Of a stretch of DNA of 64,000 nt, positions 63,254-64,000 are shown piece by piece; positions within the stretch are counted from its first letter, which is position 1; every line of letters begins with the position of its first letter. This DNA is from an uncultured delta proteobacterium (GTDB lineage: Bacteria; Myxococcota_A; Polyangia; Haliangiales; Haliangiaceae): positions 1,376,001-1,440,000 of the forward strand of contig CAWKDB010000010.1 in the NCBI GenBank assembly GCA_963848295.1, given 5' to 3'. The notes under the pieces are model-generated. The model searched no databases. It had not been told where the DNA came from and was given only the letters and a program-made list of their open reading frames with translations. The position numbers and the translations under genes are program-made.

Positions 63254-63988
63254 GTGGCATCATATTCGCGAAACCGCCAAACTGAGCTCCCACGTCCCGA
63301 CAAGAACGGTCAGCGTCGAGGCGGCAAGCGGCCGGGCGCTGGGCGCAAACCGCGGGGCCTGCGGGCCGGTGTCACGCATGCGAGGCGCGCCGAGCTCGAC
63401 CCGAACAAGCCGCTCCACATCACGTTGCGCGTGGTTGCCGCCGTCGCCGCGCTGCGCACCGACAAGGCGTATCGCGCGATCCGTAAAGCGCTGGAGGTCT
63501 CGGCATTCAACCAACTCGGGCTGCGGATCTGCCACTTCAGCGTGCAGCGCAACCATCTCCACCTGATCTGCGAGGCCGACAGCAAGGCCGCGCTCGCTCG
63601 CGGCATGCAGAGCTTCAAGATCTCGGCGGCGAAGCAGCTCAACCACGAGCTCGGCCGTCGCGGCACCGTGTTCGCCGACCGCTACCACGTCGAGATCCTC
63701 GCCACGCCGACGCAAGCGAGCCACGCGATCAGCTACGTGCTTAACAACTGGCGCAAGCACGGCGAGCACCGCAACACGGCCGGGCTTTACCGCGGCCGCA
63801 TCGATCCGTTCTCGAGCGGCGCACAGTTCTACGGCTGGTCCACGCCGCGCTGGCGCACGAGCGTCTATCCAAGAGGATACGAGCGCGCCGCGATCGCCGC
63901 GCCGCTGACCTGGATGCTCGCTGTCGGTTACCTCCGCGGTAGCCCGGTCAGGGTATTCGCGGTGCCTTCCGGGCGAGCGACGCGCTAG
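63254..63988 (+). mobile_element. REP-associated tyrosine (Y1/HUH) transposase, RAYT-like
   Basis: GG.R.GAGRKP, PLHITLR, HFSVQRNHLHL (HUH), VFADRYH, YVLNN, DPFSSG. Confidence 0.9.
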
Positions 63989-64000
63989 ACGCCTTCATCG

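Noticed and set aside
55294..63988. Genomic island or prophage integrated at the tRNA-like genes
   Set aside because: No integrase or phage genes, no duplicated tRNA 3' end seen, and the flanking genes are housekeeping.

Overview
High-GC bacterial genomic DNA, most likely a myxobacterium (Myxococcota; inferred from the MYXO-CTERM-like motif, PEGA proteins, Hanks-type kinase and AgmX/PglI-like domain). About 58 densely packed genes: alpha-2-macroglobulin/pbpC, ada-alkA/ogt, a flotillin pair, a RegB/RegA-associated cluster of heme- and metal-binding lipoproteins, a DUF4139 pair, RNA-modification genes, PEGA and OmpA giant proteins, dapL, a membrane-tethered ECF sigma factor and a REP-associated tyrosine transposase. 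The most unusual stretch is 55290-56240 (minus strand). It reads: promoter, 27-codon leader with a terminator/antiterminator switch, tRNA-Cys-like gene, Y-RNA-like hairpins, a Ro60/TROVE gene collapsed to three in-frame fragments, and a tRNA-Asn-like gene. Other highlights: one palindromic element inserted in frame into two neighbouring proteins in opposite orientations, four candidate RegA boxes, a TraA/TraB-like single-ORF fusion, and a recurring leaderless promoter architecture. All calls come from reading the sequence by eye; no database search was run.
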